Shown here one piece after another: positions 1-8,982 of a stretch of DNA of 61,120 nt (the first letter of the stretch is position 1; each line of letters opens with the position of its first letter). Under the pieces are notes generated by a model. The model made no database searches and was not told where the DNA came from. It worked only from the letters and a program-made list of their open reading frames with translations. The DNA is from an uncultured Deferribacteres bacterium. Its GTDB lineage: Bacteria; Zhuqueibacterota; Zhuqueibacteria; Zhuqueibacterales; Geothermadaptataceae. The position numbers were made by a program, and so were the translations under genes. The stretch lies in NCBI GenBank assembly GCA_964014485.1, contig CAXHAT010000014.1:1-61120 (forward strand). Direction: 5' to 3'.

Positions 1-134
1 ATAGATTGCACCACCGCCCGTTCGCCGACAGCCGGAGCGATGGCCACCGGGCGGGACTTCAGGCGGGGATTGCGCAACTCTTCCATTTGCACCGGAAAGG
101 CGCGTACGCGAATGTGGGCGATCTGGCGCTGCAT
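1..134 (-). CDS. Y-family DNA polymerase-like protein (ImuB/DinB-like), N-terminus; runs off the window edge
   Basis: Not in the ORF track. Manual translation from ATG at 134 gives MQRQIAHIRVRAFPVQMEELRNPRLKSRPVAIAPAVGERAVVQS, which matches the DinB N-terminal pattern (IxHxDxDxFxxxxE..P.L...P). The catalytic aspartates are absent, as in ImuB. Confidence 0.7.
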   Translation of the reverse strand, partial: MQRQIAHIRVRAFPVQMEELRNPRLKSRPVAIAPAVGERAVVQS

Positions 135-137
135 GCT

Positions 138-395
138 CTATCCCGGCAGGCTGACGCGAGCCAAACGCCAGGAAACGTCAGTGGGGTCGATCACCAACTC
201 AAAATGATCGCCGGACTCTTTGACTGACGCGGCAATATGTATGTGCTTGACGCCGCCGACGGGTTCAGTCCAAGTGCGGTGGGTTTGGGCGATATGGTAA
301 GCGCGATCCTGCCACTCAACCACAATGGGTTCGACGCGGCCGCGTTCATAGCGCGCTGTTACAATAACCGGCTCGTTTATATCCTGATAAGCCAT
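138..395 (-). CDS. Small hypothetical protein (DUF6504-like) upstream of the ImuB-like gene
   Basis: 85-aa ORF with a P..VEWQDRAYHI...W...HFELVIDP...WRL pattern. GGAG RBS upstream. Stop lies 3 nt from the next start. Confidence 0.6.
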   Translation of the reverse strand: MAYQDINEPVIVTARYERGRVEPIVVEWQDRAYHIAQTHRTWTEPVGGVKHIHIAASVKESGDHFELVIDPTDVSWRLARVSLPG

Positions 396-716
396 TTCTT
401 CTCCAGGTGTAGTGCAAGGTGTTGATAGATTTGACGTGCGCGCTTTCGTTGCTTCCCTTTCCCCCGGCAGACAGATCGTTTTCGTGTGTTCGGCATAGGT
501 CTTTCGTTTACATCCTGTTCACGGGTAAAAAGAAACAAAGTTGGGCAAAAACGCGACAATATATTGTACAGAAGGACACTGCGCAAGCGCAAAAATGTTG
601 CTGAACTGTATTTTTTCTCAGAGCTTTGTTTTTGCCGGTTTGCGCTTTATTAACTAACCTTGCTCTTTAACCTGTTCTCACAAACCAAGAAGATGTTTAA
701 CCGCCGGCGATCAGGA

Positions 717-1972
717 ATGAAAAAATATTTGATTGGGTTCTTTGTTTGGGTTGGCGTTGCAACAGCGCAACCGCTTTTACCAACGGATACGCTGCGCGTC
801 GCCAGCTATAACGTGCTCAACTTTCCCGGTTCCACCGGCCTTGACCGCGCCGGCGACTTCAGAACCGTGATCAACACCATTGAGCCTGATGTCATCGCCA
901 CGCAGGAAATGCTCTCGGCCGCAGGCGTGCAGACGCTACTGGATTCGGTTTTTAACCATGAAACCGCAGGCAAGTACAACTCTGCGACGTTCATCGACGG
1001 ACCCGACACCGACAGCATCATCTTTTACCGCCCGGAAGTCGTGACCCTGAGCTCACAATCGCGCTTGACCACTGCGCTGAGAAACATTGCAGAATTTGTC
1101 TTTTCGACCGCAGACGGACAAGAACTGCGTATCTACTCCTTGCATCTGAAAGCGTCGCAGGGAGCGGAAAACGAAGACAAGCGACTTGCGGAAGCGACGA
1201 TTCTTAGGGATCACCTCAACGATCTGCCTGCGAACAGCAATTTCATTGTCTTGGGGGATTTTAATATCTACAAGGCGAGCGAACCGGCTTACTCAAAATT
1301 CACCGGCAGCGAAGCGGACGAGTGTTTGACCCGATTCAAATGGAAGGAAACTGGCACAACAACGCCTCTTTTGCCGCCGTTCATACCCAATCTACGCGCA
1401 CAACGCAATTCGGCGGCGACGCATCGGGCGGGCTGGACGACCGCTTTGATATGATTCTGGTTTCCGCCGACGTTCTTGAGCGCAGCGACGCATCGATTCC
1501 CGGCGTTCACGTCTTACCGGACACGTATACGGCGTTCGGCAACGACGGCGCACATTTTAATCAGGCGATCAACTCGGGAACCAACTCAGTAGTCAGCGCT
1601 CCTATGGCGGATGCCTTACACGCAGCTTCCGATCATTTGCCCTTATACGCGGACTTCGTCATTTACGCAGATGAAACGACGCCGGTCGAATCAACTCCTG
1701 AGCTTCCTGCAGGCTACGCTTTATACCAAAACTATCCAAACCCGTTCAATCCAACCACGCGTATTTCGTTCACACTGCCTGTTGCCAGCCGGGTAACATT
1801 AACGGTTTATACTTTAATCGGCGAAAGGATTGCTGTGCTCTTGGATGAGTACCGCGCTTCTGGTGAGCATTCGGTAGTTTTTGATGCCTCGAGGATTTCA
1901 GCGGGGATTTATTGGTACAAAATGCAGACGGACGATTTTCAGGATGTGAAACGGTTTGTTTTAATAAAGTAG
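717..1972 (+). pseudogene. Secreted endonuclease/exonuclease/phosphatase (EEP) family protein with C-terminal sorting domain, frameshifted near 1320
   Basis: Signal peptide MKKYLIGFFVWVGVATAQ. EEP motifs SYNV, TQE, HLKA and GDFN are in ORF 660..1454. FDMIL, SDHLP and the YQNYPNPFNP C-terminal domain are in ORF 1322..1972, a different frame. Confidence 0.8.
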
Positions 1973-2200
1973 ATCATTCAATGATGTATAGCTTTCTTTG
2001 ACCACAAAACCTACGCAAGGCTTTATTCCTGTAGAAAATTGCTATGATGTTTGTTTATAAATCCCTGAAGGTTAAAAACAGACAGGCATTACCCTATCAT
2101 ATTATTTCTTTATGAGGATATCGTGCCGGTTCACGACAGTTCAATTTTTGATGAAGAGGTCATATGGTTGGTGAGTGTTGAAGAATATTCCGGCTCGCAT

Positions 2201-2270
2201 AAAAAAAGCGGGTGAATGGTGTCTACGAGGCTGGGGGGGACCTCATAAACGGGGAAACATTCGACCCGCT
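2201..2270 (-). ncRNA. Candidate ~70-nt small RNA: one long hairpin with C-rich loops and a U7 tail
   Basis: Stems AGCGGGU/ACCCGCU, GAAUG/CAUUC and GUUUAUGAGG/CCUCGUAGAC, loop UCCCCCCCAG, followed by a U-tract. A sigma70-like promoter lies directly upstream. Confidence 0.5.
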
Positions 2271-2277
2271 ATAAAAC

Positions 2278-2305
2278 AAACTAATATTCAGTACACAAGA
2301 GTCAA
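2278..2305 (-). promoter_or_regulatory. Putative sigma70 promoter for the candidate sRNA
   Basis: TTGACT (2305-2300), 16-nt spacer, TAGTTT (2283-2278). Predicted start site near 2271. Confidence 0.45.
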
Positions 2306-2455
2306 GACTTTTTCATCATTCAATGTTATGCGAGCAAGTTTAAGAAGCTTATTATCTCTCGGCTACATTTACCAATTGATACTGAATCATGATTCCCGCC
2401 TGCTAAAATCGTCATTAAAAAACTACTGTGAGATCTCATTCCATCCGATTTACGG

Positions 2456-2824
2456 CTATTTGAAAACTCCTTTGTCTTTCAAGTCTGCGCTGAGCCTTTC
2501 TTCGACGCGCTGCTTTAATTCTGCGAATTTAGTCTGATGCGGTTTTCGTGCATCTTCGATTGCTTCTCGTAGCTGAGCTTTTTGCGAAGCCGATAAACTG
2601 TCTTCTACTTCTTTTTTTAAATCTGCCAGTAATATTAAATCCAAAATATCTTTGTCGAAGTAATCGGCATAACGTAAGAGTATATCCAGTTTTGGCCTAC
2701 GTTTTCCGCTTTCGATCATCGAGATATGGCCCTTGACAACACCAAGCGCATCAGCCATTTGCGCAACTGTCAAGTTTGCTTGATTCCGAAGTTCTTTGAG
2801 CTGTTCCCCAAGCAATGTGTTCAT
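2456..2824 (-). CDS. XRE-family HTH transcriptional regulator
   Basis: LKELRNQANLTVAQMADALGVVKGHISMIESGKRRP is a canonical HTH_3 pattern. Confidence 0.9.
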   Translation of the reverse strand: MNTLLGEQLKELRNQANLTVAQMADALGVVKGHISMIESGKRRPKLDILLRYADYFDKDILDLILLADLKKEVEDSLSASQKAQLREAIEDARKPHQTKFAELKQRVEERLSADLKDKGVFK

Positions 2825-2859
2825 TATCTTTTTTCTCTGATTAGAATTGCAAAAATAAA

Positions 2860-2889
2860 TGAGCTGCTCTTTGCACTAAGAGCAGCTCA
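2860..2889 (-). terminator. Rho-independent terminator
   Basis: Perfect 12-bp inverted repeat TGAGCTGCTCTT/AAGAGCAGCTCA with a T-rich tail on the minus strand, just after the stop at 2893. Confidence 0.65.
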
Positions 2890-2892
2890 CCT

Positions 2893-3180
2893 TCAGTCGA
2901 TGTCAATCTCGAACCATGATGCAACCCATCTAATCGTTTCTTCGGGAAACCATCTAAACAGGTATATAAAAAGCTTCGAAAATTGGTTGGGGGGATCTGA
3001 AAACACCAACTCCGAAAGCTGAACAAATGCCTCATCTAGATGGGCGACCAACTCTGCTATAGCAGGGTCATCACCATATGATTCCACAATTTCAGGGCTC
3101 AGCGATTTCATCGTCAAGAGTAATTCGAGAACATTTTCCAGAGCCGGGCTCTTACCCTTTTCAGAACGAACGACAGCCAT
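2893..3180 (-). CDS. Hypothetical helical protein (~95 aa)
   Basis: ORF 2893..3258. The likely start is ATG 3180, preceded by AAGGAG. A terminator follows. Confidence 0.6.
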   Translation of the reverse strand: MAVVRSEKGKSPALENVLELLLTMKSLSPEIVESYGDDPAIAELVAHLDEAFVQLSELVFSDPPNQFSKLFIYLFRWFPEETIRWVASWFEIDID

Positions 3181-3577
3181 TGGCGCTCTCCTTATACTTA
3201 TGGTTAATTGGGGGTTGGGGTCTATTGATTGGAGTTCACATTTCAGAAAGCTCCTCACATGGTTTCTGTCTCAAAACCATCCGAGGAGCCTTTAATTGGC
3301 GGATTCCAAACAAAAAGAGGAATATAACGGGACGATCCCCCCTGTCGTCCCGTTACCCATGTTTGGAAACAGAGCACATGATGTGATTTGCAATTATCCA
3401 AGCGAGACGTTGCAAGCAAATGAATAGCGGATTTTTATTTAAGGTAGCTCTCATCCGCCTTCTGCATTCGATTTACCGCGTCCGTTGCTCGGAAAACCAA
3501 CAACCAACCATAGGTAACGTTGAGCTCGTAGCTTGAACCTGCTCAAGAAAATTTGACAAAGAGCGTTGATAAGGCGA

Positions 3578-3606
3578 AATATATATCGCGAAGAGCTTAG
3601 AAGCAA
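3578..3606 (-). promoter_or_regulatory. Putative sigma70 promoter facing a long structured leader
   Basis: TTGCTT-N17-TATATT on the minus strand. Confidence 0.4.
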
Positions 3607-3980
3607 GAACTTTGTTTACAAAAGTGAACGAATCAATATATTTACTATTTCGTCCTTCCTACGATAGTCGCTTTCTCTACACTTTTTAGGCAAGTCCAGT
3701 CGCCATCGATAACAAAATGCGTTATGGGAGGCAGCTTGTTTTTTGCTTGAGAATCGCAGTCACTCGACCTTGCACGCCAAGTGGATGACTTGTTATGAAA
3801 ATTTAGATGCATAAACCTCGTGAAGAAAGAACAGGTTTTAGAATCCGGTCATTCAAATAACAACCGGCGAATAGCATCATAAGCATTTTTCAGTTTTCGA
3901 AACGGCCGTCTTCGTTCTATATCCACACGCAGTCGTTCATATGAACGGCTTTTTTCTGCGTTTTATACGGAAGCAACGGC

Positions 3981-4018
3981 AAAAAGAAAAGGCTCTGTAC
4001 AGTAAAAAGACAGAGCCT
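3981..4018 (-). terminator. Rho-independent terminator
   Basis: AGGCTCTGT/ACAGAGCCT stem with a T-tract on the minus strand, downstream of 4054..4272. Confidence 0.55.
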
Positions 4019-4053
4019 GATTGAGCCAAGCGGCCTTTTGGACTGGGGATAAT

Positions 4054-4272
4054 CTACGTCTTTTGTTCGTGATCGATCTGGATCACATCATTCTTGCAGA
4101 CGATGTACACAGGTTCAAGAAACTTACAACTTTGACAGGACTTCCATCGCGCGACGACAGATCTAATGATCAGCGCTATGTTCCCGCCGCTTTCGTCGGC
4201 GCTCAACTTTGACGTAATTTCGGCGTCTTCTTTCACGGTAAGCGGTTTAGAACAGACCGGGCAACGATTCAT
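4054..4272 (-). CDS. Small zinc-ribbon protein
   Basis: CPVC and CQSC pairs. Strong AAGGAGG RBS. Confidence 0.7.
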   Translation of the reverse strand: MNRCPVCSKPLTVKEDAEITSKLSADESGGNIALIIRSVVARWKSCQSCKFLEPVYIVCKNDVIQIDHEQKT

Positions 4273-4633
4273 GATTAAGCCTCCTTTTCAGAGTCGTTTC
4301 TTTTGAGCATAGCGCAAAGGCGGGTTTCTGAAAAGAGGGTCGATTGTGGTTTTATTGGAGTCGTTGCGCTTCTAAACAAGACTGCTTCAACCACCCAAGT
4401 TTGCAAGTCGCCCGTTCCGGCGCATTCTCCCCCCTGCATCAATTCTCTCCAATATTCTATGCTTTAGGCGAAATCGCATCTATCAGCACGTTCAAAATGA
4501 AACAACGGGGAGAAAGCTCAAACGGGTCGTGCGCGCAAATCACGCGAGTAACTCCAGTTACTGAATGACTGCTAAAAGCGGCTTCTTAACCAAGCTGCTC
4601 TCATGAAACCGCCAAGCAAACAGGAGAAACAAT

Positions 4634-5086
4634 ATGGAATATGAATCGATCAGGAAGCGACTACTCGCTCTTCCCGCACTGGGCGCGATTGACTCAAGTT
4701 CGATCCGCAAAAGTGTATTGCATTTTCACTTTTTCATATCAGATCAAGCCATCTCATCCGCCGGGCTAAAAACTGATCGCATCGTCCGTTCCCGCGTGTT
4801 GGGCGCCGAGCTGTTGATCTCGGTGCGGCCGTATCACTGGTTCGTTGCCGAGTATGATCCTGATCACGATATATGTTTTGGGTTTGTGCATCACGGCGAT
4901 TGGGAGCGCGGCGTATGGCAATCGTTTGGCTTAGAAGAAGTGCTCAGCTTTCGTCTGGGGAATATCAAAGTACAATTTGACAAAAACTGGACGCCGAAGA
5001 CCATCGTCGATTTATACAAAAGAGAGAGATGCTATGTGGAATACGCCGACTCGTCGCCAATTGGCGCGCCTGCCGAAGCTGTATGA
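4634..5086 (+). CDS. DUF2958-like mobile-element protein (paralogue 1)
   Basis: WFVAEYDP..DICFGFV....W.SF.LEE...D.NWTPK pattern. AGGAG RBS. Confidence 0.7.
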   Translation: MEYESIRKRLLALPALGAIDSSSIRKSVLHFHFFISDQAISSAGLKTDRIVRSRVLGAELLISVRPYHWFVAEYDPDHDICFGFVHHGDWERGVWQSFGLEEVLSFRLGNIKVQFDKNWTPKTIVDLYKRERCYVEYADSSPIGAPAEAV

Positions 5087-5336
5087 AACCGAATCCGTTG
5101 CGCTCGACGAAAAGATGATCTACGTGCATTTTTTCATCGGCGGTTGTGATTGGTTTATCGCCGAGTATGACGGCGACGACATGTTCTTTGGATTCGCAAA
5201 TTTGAACAATCCTGATATGGCGGAGTGGGGATATGTTTCGTTTCGCGAACTCAAAGAGATCAACATCAACGGCTTCCAAGTCGACTTTGATCTGCACTGG
5301 ACGCCAAAGCCGTTCAAGATGTGCAATTGGAGATGA
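5034..5336 (+). CDS. DUF2958-like mobile-element protein (paralogue 2)
   Basis: LPKLYETE...HFFIGGCDWFIAEYDGDDMFFGFA...AEWGYVSFREL...DLHWTPK. Start taken at ATG 5034. Confidence 0.8.
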   Translation: MWNTPTRRQLARLPKLYETESVALDEKMIYVHFFIGGCDWFIAEYDGDDMFFGFANLNNPDMAEWGYVSFRELKEININGFQVDFDLHWTPKPFKMCNWR

Positions 5337-5411
5337 AGGATGACAATACTCGAAGGGTTCGCTGTTGAGCAAGCGTCCCTGACGTGCTTTAACTGCATAC
5401 TGGAGAAGAGT

Positions 5412-5780
5412 ATGAAAATCTATACCGTCGAAAGAATGCGAACCGGCGCAGGCGCACAGGTTGTTGCTTTTGTGAACGGCCGACCGCTTCAACATATTGT
5501 CTATCACAGCCCCTGCGGTTTTGAATTCGGCTATGCCGGTTCCGGGCCGTCTGATCTGGCGTTGTCGATTCTGTGCGACTTCTTTGGTGAACAACCCGAC
5601 CCGGAACAGATTCGCTGGGGAACATTTAAAGCATGGGAGTATTATCACGAGTTCAAACTTGCGTTCATTACTCCGCAGAAGCTGAGAATGTTTAAAATCA
5701 CACATACGCAAATCGAAAACTGGCTTGCCTCCCGCGAAAGACAATCGCAGCGGACAACCTCAAAAACTGATTGTCCGTAA
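5412..5780 (+). CDS. DUF6166-like protein
   Basis: HSPCGFEFGYAGSGPSDLALSIL motif. GGAG RBS before ATG 5412. Confidence 0.7.
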   Translation: MKIYTVERMRTGAGAQVVAFVNGRPLQHIVYHSPCGFEFGYAGSGPSDLALSILCDFFGEQPDPEQIRWGTFKAWEYYHEFKLAFITPQKLRMFKITHTQIENWLASRERQSQRTTSKTDCP

Positions 5781-5794
5781 AAGACAATTCGAAC

Positions 5795-5824
5795 AGCCGC
5801 TCGCGAACTCCGAGCGGCTTTTTT
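5795..5824 (+). terminator. Rho-independent terminator
   Basis: AGCCGCTCG/CGAGCGGCT stem followed by a T-tract. Confidence 0.8.
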
Positions 5825-5970
5825 ATTGAGCACAGTCTGCGTCTGCCTTGCTTGTCGCGTTTTCCCCACTTTCGGATGGAAGTCGCCCTTGACGGCGACT
5901 TTAACCGTCTATTCGTTTGTCGTCGACCTGATACTATTAATGATGTTATCAGTCACCACGCCGCCTTTTT

Positions 5971-6249
5971 ATGCCGCAGGGTAAAAAGACGACCGTGGCT
6001 TATCGTTTATGGAAATATCGTAAAGATATGGGGCTGACACAGCGTCAGGTCGCCAATATATTGGGACATGAGAACCCTTCTCAGGTGCATCGATGGGAGA
6101 AGGGCAAGCGCGTTCCCAATCTTCGGCAGGCCGTCCAACTCTCCTGTCTTTACAAGCGGCTTGTGAACGATCTCTTCTGGGAGATTTACGTGGAAGAGCG
6201 CGAGCGAATTTTCAAGCGATACCATAGGGTTGTCAGACCGACGGAATAG
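5971..6249 (+). CDS. XRE-family HTH transcriptional regulator
   Basis: YRKDMGLTQRQVANILGH..SQVHRWEKGKRVP. Confidence 0.9.
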   Translation: MPQGKKTTVAYRLWKYRKDMGLTQRQVANILGHENPSQVHRWEKGKRVPNLRQAVQLSCLYKRLVNDLFWEIYVEERERIFKRYHRVVRPTE

Positions 6250-6643
6250 ATCGTTGAGCTCCAAGCTGTAACGCACGGCGATTCAAAATCCCACTGCAGT
6301 GCATTGGGCCTGCTTTCGAAAATCTTCTGTTGCTTGCCGCCGGTTTCTCAATTTTGTCAAAAACAGCTCGACAAACGAAGTTTTTGGCAAATTGTCCCTA
6401 CCGACTTAAAAGGAACGAACGTCGGTCGATTCATTACAGAAACAATAAACGTTAACGTTATGCCCTTGTTGAAAACCGCTCAAATACGCCCGTTTGTCGC
6501 CGCATCCGGCAAATTTTCACGCCAAAGAAGACGAATCAGCACTCCGGATTAAATTTATGCACAACGTTTGAAGAACGTAAGAATTCCCGCTTCACAAATG
6601 AACGGGTACACCCCGCAGGCGGCCAACGGCGTCTCTGATCAAT

Positions 6644-7318
6644 TTGTCAGAAATCGTTGACGCGCCGCCCGTGACTCCAGACGCAACAACTGCTGTTGTT
6701 GACTCCTATCAAAAGCTCGTTATGCCTGTCCTAACCTTCAATTCACACGATTGGAATCCTTTATTCAAGGGCTTGCTTCATGATCCGCAAGCAACGCATT
6801 TTCGGCGCATCATGAATGCGATCTGGCTCTATCTCTACCTGCTGGTTTCGGTGCATCGGGACACGGGAACCATGCTTTCAACGATGGAAAAGATCAGCGC
6901 CGACACCGGTCTCGACGTTGAGACGTTATCGAGTTGGCTGGGGCGTTTGAAGCACAAGGGCTATGTGACGGTTGATATTCAAGGCGGCGAGTTGTTGTTC
7001 ACGGTGGCGAACTGGAAACGGCTGCCGCAAGAGACAAAGAAAAAGTCTTCGCCAAGACGAAAGGAACGCCGCGTTTCGACCTGGAAAGCACCGGCGTTTG
7101 AACCGAATCCTTTGGCGCGCGAAATTGCTGAAACGTTTGACGACAAAATGAGTTTGGCCGCCTACGATTCGCTGTGCAAGCGCTATGCAGAAGCGACGAT
7201 TCGAAAATATTTTCATCATGTTAAAAGCCTGCCGGACGACAAAATAAAAAAGTCGCGCGGCGCGTTAATGACCTATCTTGTCAAAACCTATGGGGAATCG
7301 CAAAACGACAAATCATAA
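6644..7318 (+). CDS. Putative replication-initiator-like protein (N-terminal winged HTH, C-terminal helical domain)
   Basis: AIWLYLYLL...ISADTGLDVETLSSWLGRLKHKGYV wHTH, then a basic linker and a KIKKSRGALMTYLV C-terminus. Alternative start ATG 6722. Confidence 0.55.
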   Translation: MSEIVDAPPVTPDATTAVVDSYQKLVMPVLTFNSHDWNPLFKGLLHDPQATHFRRIMNAIWLYLYLLVSVHRDTGTMLSTMEKISADTGLDVETLSSWLGRLKHKGYVTVDIQGGELLFTVANWKRLPQETKKKSSPRRKERRVSTWKAPAFEPNPLAREIAETFDDKMSLAAYDSLCKRYAEATIRKYFHHVKSLPDDKIKKSRGALMTYLVKTYGESQNDKS

Positions 7319-7829
7319 TCATCGCATCATCGCAATTGATCCGGGCACGCGTGAGATGGGAGTGGTTGTGGTTCAGGGTCGGGAAATTCTCTATTACGGC
7401 GTGAAAAGCTTCAAAAGGCGCAACCCGGCCAGCGTATTGCTCGCGCAAATCGGAAACGCTGTTGAAAAACTGTTGCATGCGTACCAACCTGATGTTCTCG
7501 TGATTGAGAAGGCGCAACTGAACAAGCACAATGCAACGCGAAAGTTGATTCAGATCAGCAAAATGATCAAATTCGTCGCCAAACAACAGCGTCTCAAGAT
7601 CGTCGAGTATAGTTCCGAGAGTGTTCGAAAACGAGTGTGCAAAGTCGAAAGACCGACGAAGAACAATATGACCAATGAATTGTGTTCCAAGTACCCTGAG
7701 TTGTCGGTTTACCGGTATCGGAAGCATGAATGGAAGTCGAAATATTGGCAGAACATGTTTGACGCGCTCGGGCTGGCGGTCGCCTACCTCGATTCCAAAG
7801 CGGTGAAGCTTAACATCGATCAGGAATGA
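7290..7829 (+). CDS. RuvC-like Holliday junction resolvase
   Basis: IIAIDPGTREMG, PDVLVIEK and FDALGLA carry the RNase H-fold acidic residues. Confidence 0.8.
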   Translation: MGNRKTTNHNHRIIAIDPGTREMGVVVVQGREILYYGVKSFKRRNPASVLLAQIGNAVEKLLHAYQPDVLVIEKAQLNKHNATRKLIQISKMIKFVAKQQRLKIVEYSSESVRKRVCKVERPTKNNMTNELCSKYPELSVYRYRKHEWKSKYWQNMFDALGLAVAYLDSKAVKLNIDQE

Positions 7830-8168
7830 AATATCGGTATTTGGTCATCAGCATCACGTGGTTCGGAGATTCGCGAGTGAGATGTTGGCGGATTCATTTT
7901 GTTGACGGCGCTTTTTGGATCGAGCGCTGTGATTGAGCATCGGAAAGATGTGATCGGTTCCGAGAGTAGAGATCATAGCAATTGTTGGCGTGTAGAGAAT
8001 GCTGTGTTTTTGATAAAGGCAGTCGAGTCGAAACGTCTTTTTAGGGATTGTCATGTCAAAAACGGTCTCTTCCCCCATTTGTCAAAACCAATCGTGAAAA
8101 ATCACTAAGCCCCACAGCATCCATAGTTCCAGAGCTTGGATTTCGCGATACACGGCTTGGAGAGCAAC

Positions 8169-8582
8169 TTACTCACGCTCTCTGATCATATCTAAAAACT
8201 CGCCGGGCGTAATAACCCTTGTATCTTGATAGGCTGCGGGAAAATGCTTTGTATTGCGGGTGATCAGATAAGGGGCGTCAGCGGCCACGGCGCATGCAAG
8301 CACATTATTATCATCAGGATCGCTGCACACGGTGATTTTGATTTCAGGTTCCACAACTAAACTCACCGAATAGAGCGCTTCCAGGAATTTCCCGACGTCT
8401 TCGGTTGTGAAGTCGTATTTCCGCCGAATACGATCATATATGAGTACTCGAGAGACTTCTGCAAGAATGAATGGGGAGAGAATCATGGAATGTTCTTGCG
8501 CCGCATCCAATACGTATGCCCCTTCACCCCCAGGACTCAGGAAGGCGCTCACAAGAATGTTGGAATCAAGGACCATCTTCAC
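8169..8582 (-). CDS. PIN-domain toxin (type II toxin-antitoxin)
   Basis: VLDSNILVSA, ILAE, CSDPDDNNVLACA and ITRNTKHF motifs. Confidence 0.9.
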   Translation of the reverse strand: MKMVLDSNILVSAFLSPGGEGAYVLDAAQEHSMILSPFILAEVSRVLIYDRIRRKYDFTTEDVGKFLEALYSVSLVVEPEIKITVCSDPDDNNVLACAVAADAPYLITRNTKHFPAAYQDTRVITPGEFLDMIRERE

Positions 8583-8594
8583 GTGACGGAGAAG

Positions 8595-8930
8595 TTATAA
8601 CTGCCGGCGGCGTACGGCAAGAACGGCTGCATCAACGTCCTGATCAACTTCCTCAGGTAAAAAGTCTGCGTTCTTTTGATGCACGCGATGCAGGACTTTT
8701 CTCAGTTGCTTCCATGACTTGTCTTTCATGCTTTTTGCCCGCTCGAGCAGCGCCAGATCATCTAACGAAAGAATGGCCGCTTGCGGCAAACCATCTTCTT
8801 TCAAAATAATCTGATCGCCGTCAAGCTTTACATTCTCAAGTACCTGACGGAATTCCTTTGAACGGATTCTCTTGCCAATTTCAAATTCTTTAACCACGCG
8901 GCCGTCCATTATTTGAGTCGTGATCAACAT
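8595..8930 (-). CDS. Phd/YefM-like antitoxin
   Basis: SKEFRQVLENV..DGDQIILKEDGLPQAAILSLDDL pattern, directly upstream of the PIN gene. Confidence 0.7.
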   Translation of the reverse strand: MLITTQIMDGRVVKEFEIGKRIRSKEFRQVLENVKLDGDQIILKEDGLPQAAILSLDDLALLERAKSMKDKSWKQLRKVLHRVHQKNADFLPEEVDQDVDAAVLAVRRRQL

Positions 8931-8982
8931 AGATGCATCATCAATTGATATGCGTTTAATATATACATTCCCAGAGTTTCTG

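Noticed and set aside
488..567. Possible SOS box (GTTT-N7-GTTC at 506-520; ACAATATATTGT palindrome at 556-567)
   Set aside because: The LexA motif of this lineage is unknown to me and the matches are too weak to call.
6304..6552. 82-aa ORF upstream of the Rep-like gene
   Set aside because: TTG start with no RBS and no recognisable motif. More likely non-coding origin or promoter DNA.
7290..7829. RuvC protein as TnpB, Cas12 or IscB
   Set aside because: Only about 180 aa with a contiguous resolvase-type RuvC. No Zn finger, no recognition lobe and no IS200/605 ends.
7854..8078. Possible HNH/DUF1524 fragment (DHIFP...LANL)
   Set aside because: The match is too short, there is no supporting domain context, and it is probably chance.
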